From NCBI GenBank assembly GCA_031385045.1, contig JANNBC010000054.1, positions 32,001-96,000 on the forward strand: a stretch of 64,000 nt of DNA, written 5' to 3'. Source of the stretch: a bacterium. Its GTDB lineage: Bacteria > Bdellovibrionota_C > UBA2361 > CALJRW01. Under the pieces are notes generated by a model that was not told the origin of the DNA, did no database searches, and saw only the letters and a program-made list of their open reading frames with translations. Of this stretch, positions 1 through 9,451 are shown piece by piece; position 1 is the first letter of the stretch, and the number at the start of each line of letters is the position of its first letter. Both the position numbers and the translations under genes were made by a program.

Positions 1-1
1 T

Positions 2-265
2 ATTTATCCGTTAAAATATTTTTTTACGCAAAAGTCTTCTGACAAAGACAATGCTGTTTCGGCACAAGAAGTTCAAAATCAGATTAAAGAATTAATTAAG
101 CAAGAAAGCCAATTAGATCCAATTAGTGATGCTGGACTTTCTGCTAAATTATCGGAACAAGGAATTAAAATTGCCAGACGAACTGTAGCTAAGTACCGTG
201 AAGAACTAGGAATTCCATCCACTGTGATTCGCAAGAAAGATTATTCAGTTAAAGCTTCTCTTTGA
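2..265 (+). CDS. rpoN: RNA polymerase sigma-54 factor, 3' partial
   Basis: Frame 2 reads IYPLKYFF...PISDAGLSAKLSEQGIKIARRTVAKYREELGIPS (RpoN box); TGA at 263-265; followed by hpf as is usual. Confidence 0.95.
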   Translation: MYPLKYFFTQKSSDKDNAVSAQEVQNQIKELIKQESQLDPISDAGLSAKLSEQGIKIARRTVAKYREELGIPSTVIRKKDYSVKASL

Positions 266-319
266 AAATCAAATAAGCTAAAATTAGAACAAGATAGACT
301 TTTAAACTAAACTTTTAAA

Positions 320-637
320 ATGAAAACTATGAACGACCACAACGTAAACTTTAACTTTACATTTCGTAATACTGACGCCAGTGATGCAGTAAAAGACTAT
401 GCGACAGAAAAGCTAACGATCAGCCTAAAAAAATTCATCCATCAGGATGTGGATGCTCACGTAATTTTAGATGTTGAAAAACGTCGTCAAATCGCTGAAT
501 TATCAGTGCATTGCTATGGTCAGGACTTCAATTGCAAGGAAGAAAGTGAAAGTATGTATAAATCACTAGACGCTATTGTTGAGAAAATTTCTAAACAGCT
601 AAGACGTCATAAAGATAAAGTTACCGACCATCATTAG
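320..637 (+). CDS. hpf: Ribosome hibernation factor HPF/RaiA (short form)
   Basis: 105 aa, TFRN...Y..KL...SMYKSLD...KQLRRHKDK pattern; position directly after rpoN. Confidence 0.9.
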   Translation: MKTMNDHNVNFNFTFRNTDASDAVKDYATEKLTISLKKFIHQDVDAHVILDVEKRRQIAELSVHCYGQDFNCKEESESMYKSLDAIVEKISKQLRRHKDKVTDHH

Positions 638-847
638 AATTAGCTTGATCCAATGATCAAATAGACTGGCGAAGTAGATAAGAACAATATCTATTTCGCC
701 TTTATTGCATCTAACACCTATAATTAAATGCTAATCCTTAGTCCGCAGTTAAAAATCCCCCAAACTGCCCTTTTCATAATTTGATTTCCACTATTCCTTA
801 ACTTGTCGTATGATTTCGCAGAGTTTTAAATTCTTGCGAGTCGTAAT

Positions 848-2551
848 TTGAACACTGTTCTGAATAATAAAATCCTAGCTCTCGGTTTGCTAATCTTGCT
901 ATACCTGCTGATTAATGTTCCAAGTTCGATCACTAAGCCTTTCTATTCTAAAGGTGAGCCAAGAGAGGCACTGTCTTCTCAGTACATGCTAAAAACTAAT
1001 AATTGGGTAATTGCTAAAAGATATGGCGATGAGATTCAAACTAAACCACCGTTTAGTCATTGGATTAGCGCAGTTAGTTCACTGCCAGCAGGCAAGGTAT
1101 CAGAATTTACCTCGCGCATCCCCTCGCTACTCTTTAGCTTTTTAGTGCTAGTTGGTTTCTATTGTTTTTTAAGCAAACAGACTAACCCACGAATCGCTTT
1201 TTACTCCTGCTTGTTTTTATTGCTAACTCCAGAATGGTTAAGAGCCTCGCAAACTAGCCGAGTAGATATGACGCTGGCCGGAGCCCAGACACTAGGAACC
1301 TTAGTTCTTTATCAATACTATTTAAGTAATTTTAAAAATAAAAAATTAGTCTTACTTGCCTCCCTCCTCTTCGGAATGGCCTTCCTAACAAAAGGACCAG
1401 TCGGCTTAGTCTTGCCACTTGCCAGCTTTGGAGGATTTTTATTAATCAAAAAAATCGCTTTTAAAAAGATCCTGTTAGAATCGATACTAATTGCCACCAT
1501 TGCTTCAATCCTACCCTTATGTTGGTACTTATTTGCTTATAAACAATTAGGAGATCAGTTTATTCAAGTTGTGTTCCTAGAAAACTTTCAGCGTCTTAGC
1601 TCGACAATGAGCGACGGAGAAGAACCGCATGAGCATTCGTTTATTTATCTTTACAGCACAGTAATACTGGGACTTCTGCCTTTTTCATTATATTTAATTG
1701 CTGGACTGAGCGAATTTAAATTCAAACAGTCTCTCCGAGAATTATATAAAAAAATCTTACAAAACGATCTTTATCTATACTTTGTAGTTTTTACTTTGGT
1801 AACAGCATTATTTTTTGCAATCCCAAGTTCTAAACGCAGTGTTTACCTACTACCAATCTACCCATACTTAGCTTTCTTTCTGACAATTTATTTTCAAGAA
1901 TTTAAGAACCTACGTTTTTGGAAAATTATTAATTACACCTTACTCTCACTAATAAGCTTTTTAGGTTTAGTTGTACTAATATTTTTATTACTAGACTTTA
2001 ATCATCTGCCCCTTAGCGAACGTAAATTACTGGAATTAAATTTTTACCAAACTCTCTTTAGAAAAGACTTTGGTCTTAATCTGCATGGACTAGTATTAGT
2101 AGCACTGACCTTAATTCCTTTAATTTTTAAATTAGTACTTAAGAGGTTCCCAAAAATTGAACTGCAATTCTTGACTGTCACTTACATTATATTATTAATT
2201 TTGATTAGTAACTTTGTTCTTCCACGACTTTCAGAAGGCTTAACAACGAAATATTTAGCAAAATCATTTGAAGCAAAAATCCTACATCCCGAATTACCAA
2301 TCTATAGTTATAATTTTAGAGATTATGGTCTTAACTTCTACCTGCATGGTCATATTCAGGAATTTCCTAAAACAGTCACTTCGGCAATACCCGAAGAGCA
2401 GTTTTATATGATTTGTAAAGAATTAGAATGTCAGGACGCAACAACTTCCTTGGCAGAAGAATATACAGCTCAAAAAATTGATTCTGGATACTTTAGTTTT
2501 GAATGGCCTTCTAAGCAGTATACGCTTTATTATCTTACTAAAAAGATTTAA
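848..2551 (+). CDS. ArnT/PMT-family (GT-C) membrane glycosyltransferase
   Basis: GEPR, KPPFSHW, SRIPS, DMTL, LTKGP, KRSVYLLPIYP motifs; many hydrophobic segments. Confidence 0.85.
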   Translation: MNTVLNNKILALGLLILLYLLINVPSSITKPFYSKGEPREALSSQYMLKTNNWVIAKRYGDEIQTKPPFSHWISAVSSLPAGKVSEFTSRIPSLLFSFLVLVGFYCFLSKQTNPRIAFYSCLFLLLTPEWLRASQTSRVDMTLAGAQTLGTLVLYQYYLSNFKNKKLVLLASLLFGMAFLTKGPVGLVLPLASFGGFLLIKKIAFKKILLESILIATIASILPLCWYLFAYKQLGDQFIQVVFLENFQRLSSTMSDGEEPHEHSFIYLYSTVILGLLPFSLYLIAGLSEFKFKQSLRELYKKILQNDLYLYFVVFTLVTALFFAIPSSKRSVYLLPIYPYLAFFLTIYFQEFKNLRFWKIINYTLLSLISFLGLVVLIFLLLDFNHLPLSERKLLELNFYQTLFRKDFGLNLHGLVLVALTLIPLIFKLVLKRFPKIELQFLTVTYIILLILISNFVLPRLSEGLTTKYLAKSFEAKILHPELPIYSYNFRDYGLNFYLHGHIQEFPKTVTSAIPEEQFYMICKELECQDATTSLAEEYTAQKIDSGYFSFEWPSKQYTLYYLTKKI

Positions 2552-2561
2552 TCATTTTAGC

Positions 2562-4382
2562 TTAAGAGTTCAAATAGAGCCGATCAATCTGTTCTTGATA
2601 ACCTTGATAAACCTTACCCACTTTAACTTTCATAGTTGGAGTAAGGTAACCATTTTCAATACTAAAGTCTTGATCAATTAAAGCAAATCTTTTGATTGCT
2701 TCATAACTAGCAAGTTGATTATTAACTTGGATAACTTCGCTCTCGATCAAATCTATGATAGGTTTTTGGCTTAAATAATCCGAGCCAAGAGTAACTCCTT
2801 GTCTCTGAAAATATTCCATCAGGGTATCTTTATTAATAACAATTAAGGCAACAATAAAAGGTCGATCGTTACCAAAAAGAACAGCATTATCAATAAACTT
2901 GGACTCTTTAATTTTATATTCAATTGGATTGGGAGCAATTTTCTTGCCATAAGAAGTCACAATAATTTCTTTCTTGCGTCCAGTAATTGTTAAATAACCT
3001 TCGGAATCAAGACTCCCTAAGTCTCCCGTATGAAACCAGCCATCCCCTTTCCAACTTTCGGTGGTAGCTGCTGGTCTACGCCAATAGCCCTGACAAACAT
3101 TTGGTCCACGAAAAATTATTTCCTGATCTTCGGCGACCTTCACTTCAATTGTGGAATCAAGGACTGGGCCAACAGTGCCAATCTTATTTTTACCGATACG
3201 ATTAATATTTGTAGCCACACAGGTCTCCGTTAAACCATAGCCTTGCAAGATGGAGATACCTAGTCTTTCAAAAAATAAATTTGTCTCGGCGTTTAATTTC
3301 GCTCCACCAGAAACGACAAAGAAAAAATTATCTCCAAAAATTCCTTGTTTTACCTTCTTACGAATTGGCTTGAGTAAGTTATGTAGAATTTTATATTTAA
3401 AAGAATTATTTTTTTCTTTAGCTACTTGAATAGCCAATGCTAATAACTTTGCTTGAAAACTTGCCCCCCTAGCGCGAGCTTTTAATTTATCTTCGACCTT
3501 CTCCAGAATCCGAGGAACAATTGGAAAAACATTAGCATTAGCATCTTTAATATCTTGAACTAATAACTCAGGGTCAAACTTAGAATTCTTTGGATCAATG
3601 GAAGGAAATTTTAAGGAACAATCCGTTAGCAAACCAAGATATGCCATCAGCTTAGCAAAAGAATGCGCCAAGGGTAAAAATAAAAACAATGAAGGATGCT
3701 CTACTAAGATGCCGCTATTTAGAACTTGGCTAATATTAGCTAAGTGATTGCCATGCGTCTGGACAACGCCTTTTGGTAGTCCAGTTGTCCCCGAGGTGTA
3801 GACGATGCTTGCTAAATCAGCTTCAGTTAATTTTTCAATTTCAAAATGGGCATAATTAGTATTTGGTGTTTTTAAGATCTCACTTAAATGCACGACAAGC
3901 GGATTAGCAGTTACTGCTTCTAATAAGATAAATTTCTTAAAGCTTAGCCTTGCTTGATGTGCTGGTCGATCCTCTACTTCAGGAACAGCAATCTCTTGAT
4001 CTACCAAGCTTAATAACTTATCTAACTGCTCTTGATTTTCAGCAATCACAACAGAGGCACTACTATCATAAAGTAAGTAAGCAATTTCGTTAGGAGTTAA
4101 GGTTTGATAAACCGAGACGGAGGCAGCCCCATTAAACATGATTGCAAAATCAGCAATTAACCACTCCGGCCTAGTATTAGATAAAATTGCTACATTATCA
4201 CCCTTACTAAGTCCAAGGTCATGAAGATAATTAGCCAAAGTAACTACTGAAGTAAAAAACTCCCTGTATGTTAGTGTCTGGAAGCATCTTGGAGTTGCGA
4301 TAACTTTTGGCAAAAGTTGCTGAGAAACAATTCGATCTGGGCAATTTTCAAATTGTTCAATTAATTTTTTTACTAAATTCAT
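2562..4382 (-). CDS. Long-chain fatty acid--CoA ligase (AMP-binding)
   Basis: YTSGTTGLPKG, GYGLTE, WFHTGDLG, GRKKE, LTPTMK motifs. Confidence 0.9.
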   Translation of the reverse strand: MNLVKKLIEQFENCPDRIVSQQLLPKVIATPRCFQTLTYREFFTSVVTLANYLHDLGLSKGDNVAILSNTRPEWLIADFAIMFNGAASVSVYQTLTPNEIAYLLYDSSASVVIAENQEQLDKLLSLVDQEIAVPEVEDRPAHQARLSFKKFILLEAVTANPLVVHLSEILKTPNTNYAHFEIEKLTEADLASIVYTSGTTGLPKGVVQTHGNHLANISQVLNSGILVEHPSLFLFLPLAHSFAKLMAYLGLLTDCSLKFPSIDPKNSKFDPELLVQDIKDANANVFPIVPRILEKVEDKLKARARGASFQAKLLALAIQVAKEKNNSFKYKILHNLLKPIRKKVKQGIFGDNFFFVVSGGAKLNAETNLFFERLGISILQGYGLTETCVATNINRIGKNKIGTVGPVLDSTIEVKVAEDQEIIFRGPNVCQGYWRRPAATTESWKGDGWFHTGDLGSLDSEGYLTITGRKKEIIVTSYGKKIAPNPIEYKIKESKFIDNAVLFGNDRPFIVALIVINKDTLMEYFQRQGVTLGSDYLSQKPIIDLIESEVIQVNNQLASYEAIKRFALIDQDFSIENGYLTPTMKVKVGKVYQGYQEQIDRLYLNS

Positions 4383-4533
4383 GGCAATTTTTTAAGATGA
4401 TGGTCTGTAAAGTTTATTTTACTTTGCTAGCGACAGATAGTCATTACAAAAAGTCTACTTTAACTGAAAAAAGAAGATCCCAACCTAAATCTTTTAGCTT
4501 GCCAACGAAAAACGATCCTAATTAGTATTAATT

Positions 4534-5088
4534 TTAGATCAAACTTGCTAAATCTACGGAGCGATAGGTTGATGGCTTACGAACCTTTCCAGAAATGTCT
4601 TTTCCAACACCGTAAAACTTACCCTGAATGGCAATGACTTCAACTGTTTTAACTTCTGCTGGCCAAGAAACATTTTGATCTAAATGCCACTGATGCTCAG
4701 CTAACAAATCGGCTGGCCCTGACCAATTATTTAATAAGACAAATTTCTCAAGATTATTATCGGCAACTAACTCAAAGGCTTCTTCTAATTTTAAATTAAA
4801 AGCTAGCATGTTCCAATACATGGTATAGGCAACATCGGCCAAACCATCTAACATTTCTTTCTTATCTATTTTACTTTCAGCAATCTCATAAGTTAGAGAG
4901 TTAGGATCGGCAATCACTTGTCCCTTAATTGATAATTCAATCCCTAAGCCCTGAATTACATACTCCAATGTTTCTGAAAGTAATAACTGCGCACCAAGCT
5001 TACGCAATGATTCCGATGCCTCAGCTGGATCCGCAATAAATTTTTGCCCAGCAAGTTGCATAAATAATTTTACTTTATCTGATTTCAT
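4534..5088 (-). CDS. All-alpha NTP pyrophosphatase (MazG/PRA-PH/dUTPase-like)
   Basis: SETLEY, EMLDGLADVAY, AFELVADNNLEK and C-terminal GKVRKP motifs. Confidence 0.65.
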   Translation of the reverse strand: MKSDKVKLFMQLAGQKFIADPAEASESLRKLGAQLLLSETLEYVIQGLGIELSIKGQVIADPNSLTYEIAESKIDKKEMLDGLADVAYTMYWNMLAFNLKLEEAFELVADNNLEKFVLLNNWSGPADLLAEHQWHLDQNVSWPAEVKTVEVIAIQGKFYGVGKDISGKVRKPSTYRSVDLASLI

Positions 5089-5093
5089 AGCGC

Positions 5094-7475
5094 TTAATTT
5101 TTTAAAACATTAATTAACTCTTCTTGAGTTGGGTAAATTTGCCGAAAATCAATTTCCTTGGCATCCATTACCTGATTTAATAGCTCTTGCTTTTTCTTTA
5201 AATTCTTAGAAATTATATAATCAATCGAACAGGCATTTAAAGAAATGATATTAACACTCTGAGTTTGTCCGATTCGGTAAATTCGGTCAATAGATTGCAA
5301 CCAGTGTTCCGCATTCCAAGTCTTATCTAAATAGACGGCGCAACTTGCAGCTGTAAGATTAATCCCTACTCCCCCTGCTGCCGGAATGGCAATTAAAATC
5401 TTAGTACTACCTGCCTCGGAGCTTTGAAATTCATTGACATATTTTTGTCGATCAATTGTTTTAACTTCCCCGTAATATGGACGGGTGTGATATGCTTGAT
5501 AGCGAATAACTAGCTCGCGCACATTTTCTGTAAAATTTGTCCAAATAACTAATTTTTGATCTTGAGCAATCACCTCCTCCACAATCTGATCTAATTCTTG
5601 AAATTTGATTGGCTCCCCCTTCCAAGTGGAATCAACGATTCTTGGATTTGAGGCAATCTGCACTGCTCGCAAGAATTGCTCTAAGATATTATCAATTGAT
5701 CGCTGATATGCTTCTCCCGCTAAAGTAGTTAATTGCACAAGTAATTCCTCGCGAATTTGATCGTAGCGGACTAATTGATCGCCAGTTAACTTTAAATCAC
5801 GCCGAATAAAGATCTTTGGGGGTAAATTAATTACTTCCGATTTCTTACGTCTTAATAACAGCTCTTGAAAGCGATACAAATATTCCTGGACGGCTTGTGG
5901 TTTAAAACTTTTAATACTAAAGCGACTCCACTTTGAACCAAGCTCGGCAACCTTTTCCAGCCATTCATAATAATTGGCTCCAAAACGCTCACCCTGATCT
6001 AAAAGAAATTGTTGCGACCAAAGATCTGAAAAATCTCGTGGTGAGGGGGTTCCACTTAAGAGCACACGCCTCGGGCAATACTTCGCTAATTTTACAATTG
6101 CTTTAAAAGTTATACTAAGAGGATTTTTTACCCGCTGTGATTCATCTAAACAAAGAAATGTTTTTTTACTGCTAGTTAGTTCGGCTAACTCTAGAGCAAC
6201 ATAACCAAGGCGCGCCTCCTCATAATTTATAACAAGAACATCTGGCTTGATAATCCCCTCTTTGATTTTTTTCAAAAATTTGATTCTAGTTACTTTAGTA
6301 TCTGGAGTAGTTGCAAATGTTAATTCTGGTAACCAGCGTTTAATTTCTTCTGTCCAGTTTAGAACTAATGAATTCGGACAGATTACTAGTAAAAGCTCGC
6401 AACCTTTATTTCGCTTCACTTCTTGATAGGCAGTCAAAACACTGAGGGTCTTTCCAAGTCCCATATCATCGGCAATAAAACAATTTTGCTGTTTTAAAAT
6501 CCAAGCGATTGCTACTCGTTGATGCGGATAGAGCTTACTAGCTAGGCTTTGATTTTGTATCTTCAGATCGAAGTCTTTTAACTGATTAAAGCGATCCCGC
6601 TCGCTTAGAATCTGAGAACGAAAACGAATTTTATTTAAATAATCAATAAAAACTTGAGATTTAGGAATTTGAGCAATTTCTACAGTCTCAAAAATTTCTA
6701 GTAATTTAGAATCATACAACGTCACAAGGGTTACTCCTTCACGTTCTTCAACTGTTTCCCAAAAAGGATCTTCTAAATAATCTGGAAAAATTCTAGCTAA
6801 ATCTTTAAAGCTAAATTGCCCCTTTAAAATTAAAACAGGTCGTCGATTCAAATCCAGCGTAAAGCAATTCTCTGGTGTCACCACACCTAACAGCCATTCA
6901 GAAAATCCATCAGTACATGATTCTAGGTATTTATTCCGAAGAGCCAACAAATCGGATCTCGCTTCTTTACTTAACCAAATGCGAACACTCGCTAGTCGCG
7001 CCTTCCAAATAATTTCTGATAAGTTTTGTAATTTTAATTTACTACTAAACTGCTTACGATCATTAAAATGAGCAATCTCTGGTAATAATGTTTTAAGCTT
7101 TTTAGTTGATGCTGACTTTAAACCATAAGTCTGATCTGTATTTTTTTGAACTAATGGAAATAATAAACAATTTTTTAAATCAGTAGCCGTTGGTTGATGT
7201 TCGCGATTAATAATCTTACTTCTTAACTCTTGAGTTTCTAGCAAATAGTCCTTGGTTTCCTGTTCTACAAGAACTACCTGATTCTTTTCCTGAAATTTCT
7301 TGATTAGTAAACTAATCTGCTCAACAGGTAAGGAGTACTCTTTTGCTTTGCTCTGATACTCAGCACCGGCAATTGATTTAATCAGTTTAACAGCCGGGCG
7401 ACTAGCTAAGACTTTTAAATGAATCGAATCCTTTGATTTATTAAATCTGATAATGGCGACAGGCTTTTCGGTCAT
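5094..7475 (-). CDS. SNF2-family helicase/ATPase with a long N-terminal extension
   Basis: LYPHQ, ADDMGLGKT, CPNSLVLNW, LDESQ, LSGTP, LLRRKK, GGVGINLT, QSIDRIYRIGQ. Confidence 0.9.
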   Translation of the reverse strand: MTEKPVAIIRFNKSKDSIHLKVLASRPAVKLIKSIAGAEYQSKAKEYSLPVEQISLLIKKFQEKNQVVLVEQETKDYLLETQELRSKIINREHQPTATDLKNCLLFPLVQKNTDQTYGLKSASTKKLKTLLPEIAHFNDRKQFSSKLKLQNLSEIIWKARLASVRIWLSKEARSDLLALRNKYLESCTDGFSEWLLGVVTPENCFTLDLNRRPVLILKGQFSFKDLARIFPDYLEDPFWETVEEREGVTLVTLYDSKLLEIFETVEIAQIPKSQVFIDYLNKIRFRSQILSERDRFNQLKDFDLKIQNQSLASKLYPHQRVAIAWILKQQNCFIADDMGLGKTLSVLTAYQEVKRNKGCELLLVICPNSLVLNWTEEIKRWLPELTFATTPDTKVTRIKFLKKIKEGIIKPDVLVINYEEARLGYVALELAELTSSKKTFLCLDESQRVKNPLSITFKAIVKLAKYCPRRVLLSGTPSPRDFSDLWSQQFLLDQGERFGANYYEWLEKVAELGSKWSRFSIKSFKPQAVQEYLYRFQELLLRRKKSEVINLPPKIFIRRDLKLTGDQLVRYDQIREELLVQLTTLAGEAYQRSIDNILEQFLRAVQIASNPRIVDSTWKGEPIKFQELDQIVEEVIAQDQKLVIWTNFTENVRELVIRYQAYHTRPYYGEVKTIDRQKYVNEFQSSEAGSTKILIAIPAAGGVGINLTAASCAVYLDKTWNAEHWLQSIDRIYRIGQTQSVNIISLNACSIDYIISKNLKKKQELLNQVMDAKEIDFRQIYPTQEELINVLKN

Positions 7476-7639
7476 GATTTCAGTGAAATTTGCATAATTG
7501 TTACGCTAGTAGCTCAAATAAGACTAGAATGATCATATTAATTTAGTACTAAATATTGTCTTAAAAAATCATTTGCTGATATTTATAATCTTAAGTAGTG
7601 GTGTTTTAAAAGGTTGTTAAGATGTTTTTTCAAGGGATA

Positions 7640-7840
7640 TAAACCCTCCGCAGATGAAATTTGCGGAGGGCGAGCGTAATCTTGGCTTTAGCTAAGTTAC
7701 GCCGTAAAAGACAAAACCAATACTCATCGCAGATGCGTAGGGTTTGGTTGTGTTTTCTACGGCACAACCTGTCTTCGACAGGATTTTGCTCGCTCACCTT
7801 TCTTTTCATTTTTTATCAAAAATGAAAAGCGGTGAGTATA
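7640..7840 (+). repeat. ~200-bp structured repeat, copy 1 (MITE-like; inverted relative to 9211-9413)
   Basis: Reverse complement of 9211-9413 aligns end to end; imperfect terminal IR TAAACCCTCCGC / GCGGTGAGTATA; multiple internal hairpins. Confidence 0.9.
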
Positions 7841-7869
7841 ATTTTTTTACCCACTTTGCTTAAATTGCA

Positions 7870-8577
7870 ATGAACAACGAAAAACTTCAAATCAATACAC
7901 CTGCAACGGAGCAGAACCAATCCCAGATTAACCTTACTGGTGAATCCGTTCATTTAAGCTCTGGAGCTATTGCCTTTAAATCTACTGGTTTAATTAAGCA
8001 GACACCAGCTTTTAGAGTTATTTCTAATAAATTAGCCCCGTTTAACTATAATCCAGTACCAAGTTATAAAATTCAAGATACGATTTATGTAGTAGCCCTA
8101 GGCTCTGCTGGCTTTACAGCACAAAGAATTAAAACCGATAATCGTCAAGAAAGATTAAACCAAATCCACAGGGCTTGGAATATCCAAGTTTTGAAGGACT
8201 TTTGGAGTCATATGGTAGCTCATCCTCTGCCAGAAGAGGAGCTTTTTGCTGAATTTGGATTAATCATTGCTTGTCGTAAGTTTGTGATTCAAACAGCAGG
8301 TGAATCGAAGGAAGTTTGGGACACCACAATTTGGAAAGTTAATCAGGGAGAAATTAAAGCCTACCATCAGTTTATCTCGAAGCAAGAACCAGTTCCAATG
8401 TCACTACAACTAGACTCAGGACAAGTAGAACGAATTTTCTTGTTAAATGAGAAAGAGGCCTTGCACTTAAATTCAGAAACTAATGAAATTGAATTAATGC
8501 AAGTGACTGAAGGCGCAAAACTACTAGCCACAAACGAAGTCGAAAGCTTAGAGGCTTCTACAAAAAAAGTTGCTTAG
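7870..8577 (+). CDS. Hypothetical protein
   Basis: 235-aa ORF, no recognised motif; lies between the inverted repeats. Confidence 0.7.
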   Translation: MNNEKLQINTPATEQNQSQINLTGESVHLSSGAIAFKSTGLIKQTPAFRVISNKLAPFNYNPVPSYKIQDTIYVVALGSAGFTAQRIKTDNRQERLNQIHRAWNIQVLKDFWSHMVAHPLPEEELFAEFGLIIACRKFVIQTAGESKEVWDTTIWKVNQGEIKAYHQFISKQEPVPMSLQLDSGQVERIFLLNEKEALHLNSETNEIELMQVTEGAKLLATNEVESLEASTKKVA

Positions 8578-8580
8578 AGA

Positions 8581-9063
8581 TTAGTTAGCCTTACTACAAT
8601 CGACAAAGCTTATTGCTGCAGTCTTTAAATCAGCTACGCTACCTTCCGCTAAGGTTGGAGAATCTGATAATTCCAACGTTGCTACCAGCTCAATCTCAAT
8701 TAGAGACCCAAGTGGCAAGCCCGCGACTTGAACTGTTGAACGAGTCGGATAACCAGGCCCAGGCCCCATCCACTTTGCATAGATCTCATTTACAATACTA
8801 AAATCCCGAAGATTAATCATAAAGATTGTAGTTTTTAAGGTGTAAGAGAAATCTAATTGTAAAAAGTTAAGAATCGTCAAAAGATTTCGCATCACTTGTT
8901 CTGTTTGACCTTGAATTCCACCATCAACAATTTTATTGCTTATTGGATCTAAGGGAATCTGCCCAGAAAGATAGACTAAATTATCAATAATTGTAGCTTG
9001 GGAATACGGCCCTAAAGCTTCTGGAGTATTGGGAACACCATTGATATAACGAATTGTAGACAT
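8581..9063 (-). CDS. ridA: RidA/YjgF-family enamine deaminase with ~30-aa C-terminal tail
   Basis: ALGPYSQA, LSGQIPLDP, KTTIF, YPTRSTVQV, LIEIE. Confidence 0.9.
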   Translation of the reverse strand: MSTIRYINGVPNTPEALGPYSQATIIDNLVYLSGQIPLDPISNKIVDGGIQGQTEQVMRNLLTILNFLQLDFSYTLKTTIFMINLRDFSIVNEIYAKWMGPGPGYPTRSTVQVAGLPLGSLIEIELVATLELSDSPTLAEGSVADLKTAAISFVDCSKAN

Positions 9064-9210
9064 AACTGATTTTTAAATTTAGTCAGAAGAAATTCTATCT
9101 AAAACCTAGTAGTTTTTTATAGTAATCATTTTTTATAGAATTACTCTAGACCTAGTATTATCAAAGAATCTCTAAAAAAGACAGTACTGTAAATAACAAA
9201 ACAAGGTACT

Positions 9211-9413
9211 TAAACTCACCGCTTTTCATTTTTGATAAAAAATGAAAAGAAAGGTGAGTGAGCAAAATTCTGACGCAGACAGGTTTTGCCGTAGAGAACA
9301 ATACTAAACCCTACGCAAATTAGCGGTGAGTATTGGTTTTGTCTTCTACGGTGTAACTTGGCTTAAGCCAAGATTACGCTCGCCCTCCACAAATTTCATC
9401 TGCGGAGGGTTTA
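9211..9413 (-). repeat. ~200-bp structured repeat, copy 2
   Basis: Inverted copy of 7640-7840; terminal IR TAAACTCACCGC / GCGGAGGGTTTA (10/12 match). Confidence 0.9.
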
Positions 9414-9451
9414 AATAGATTTTTTATATCAACTATAGTACTTTTTCTCCC

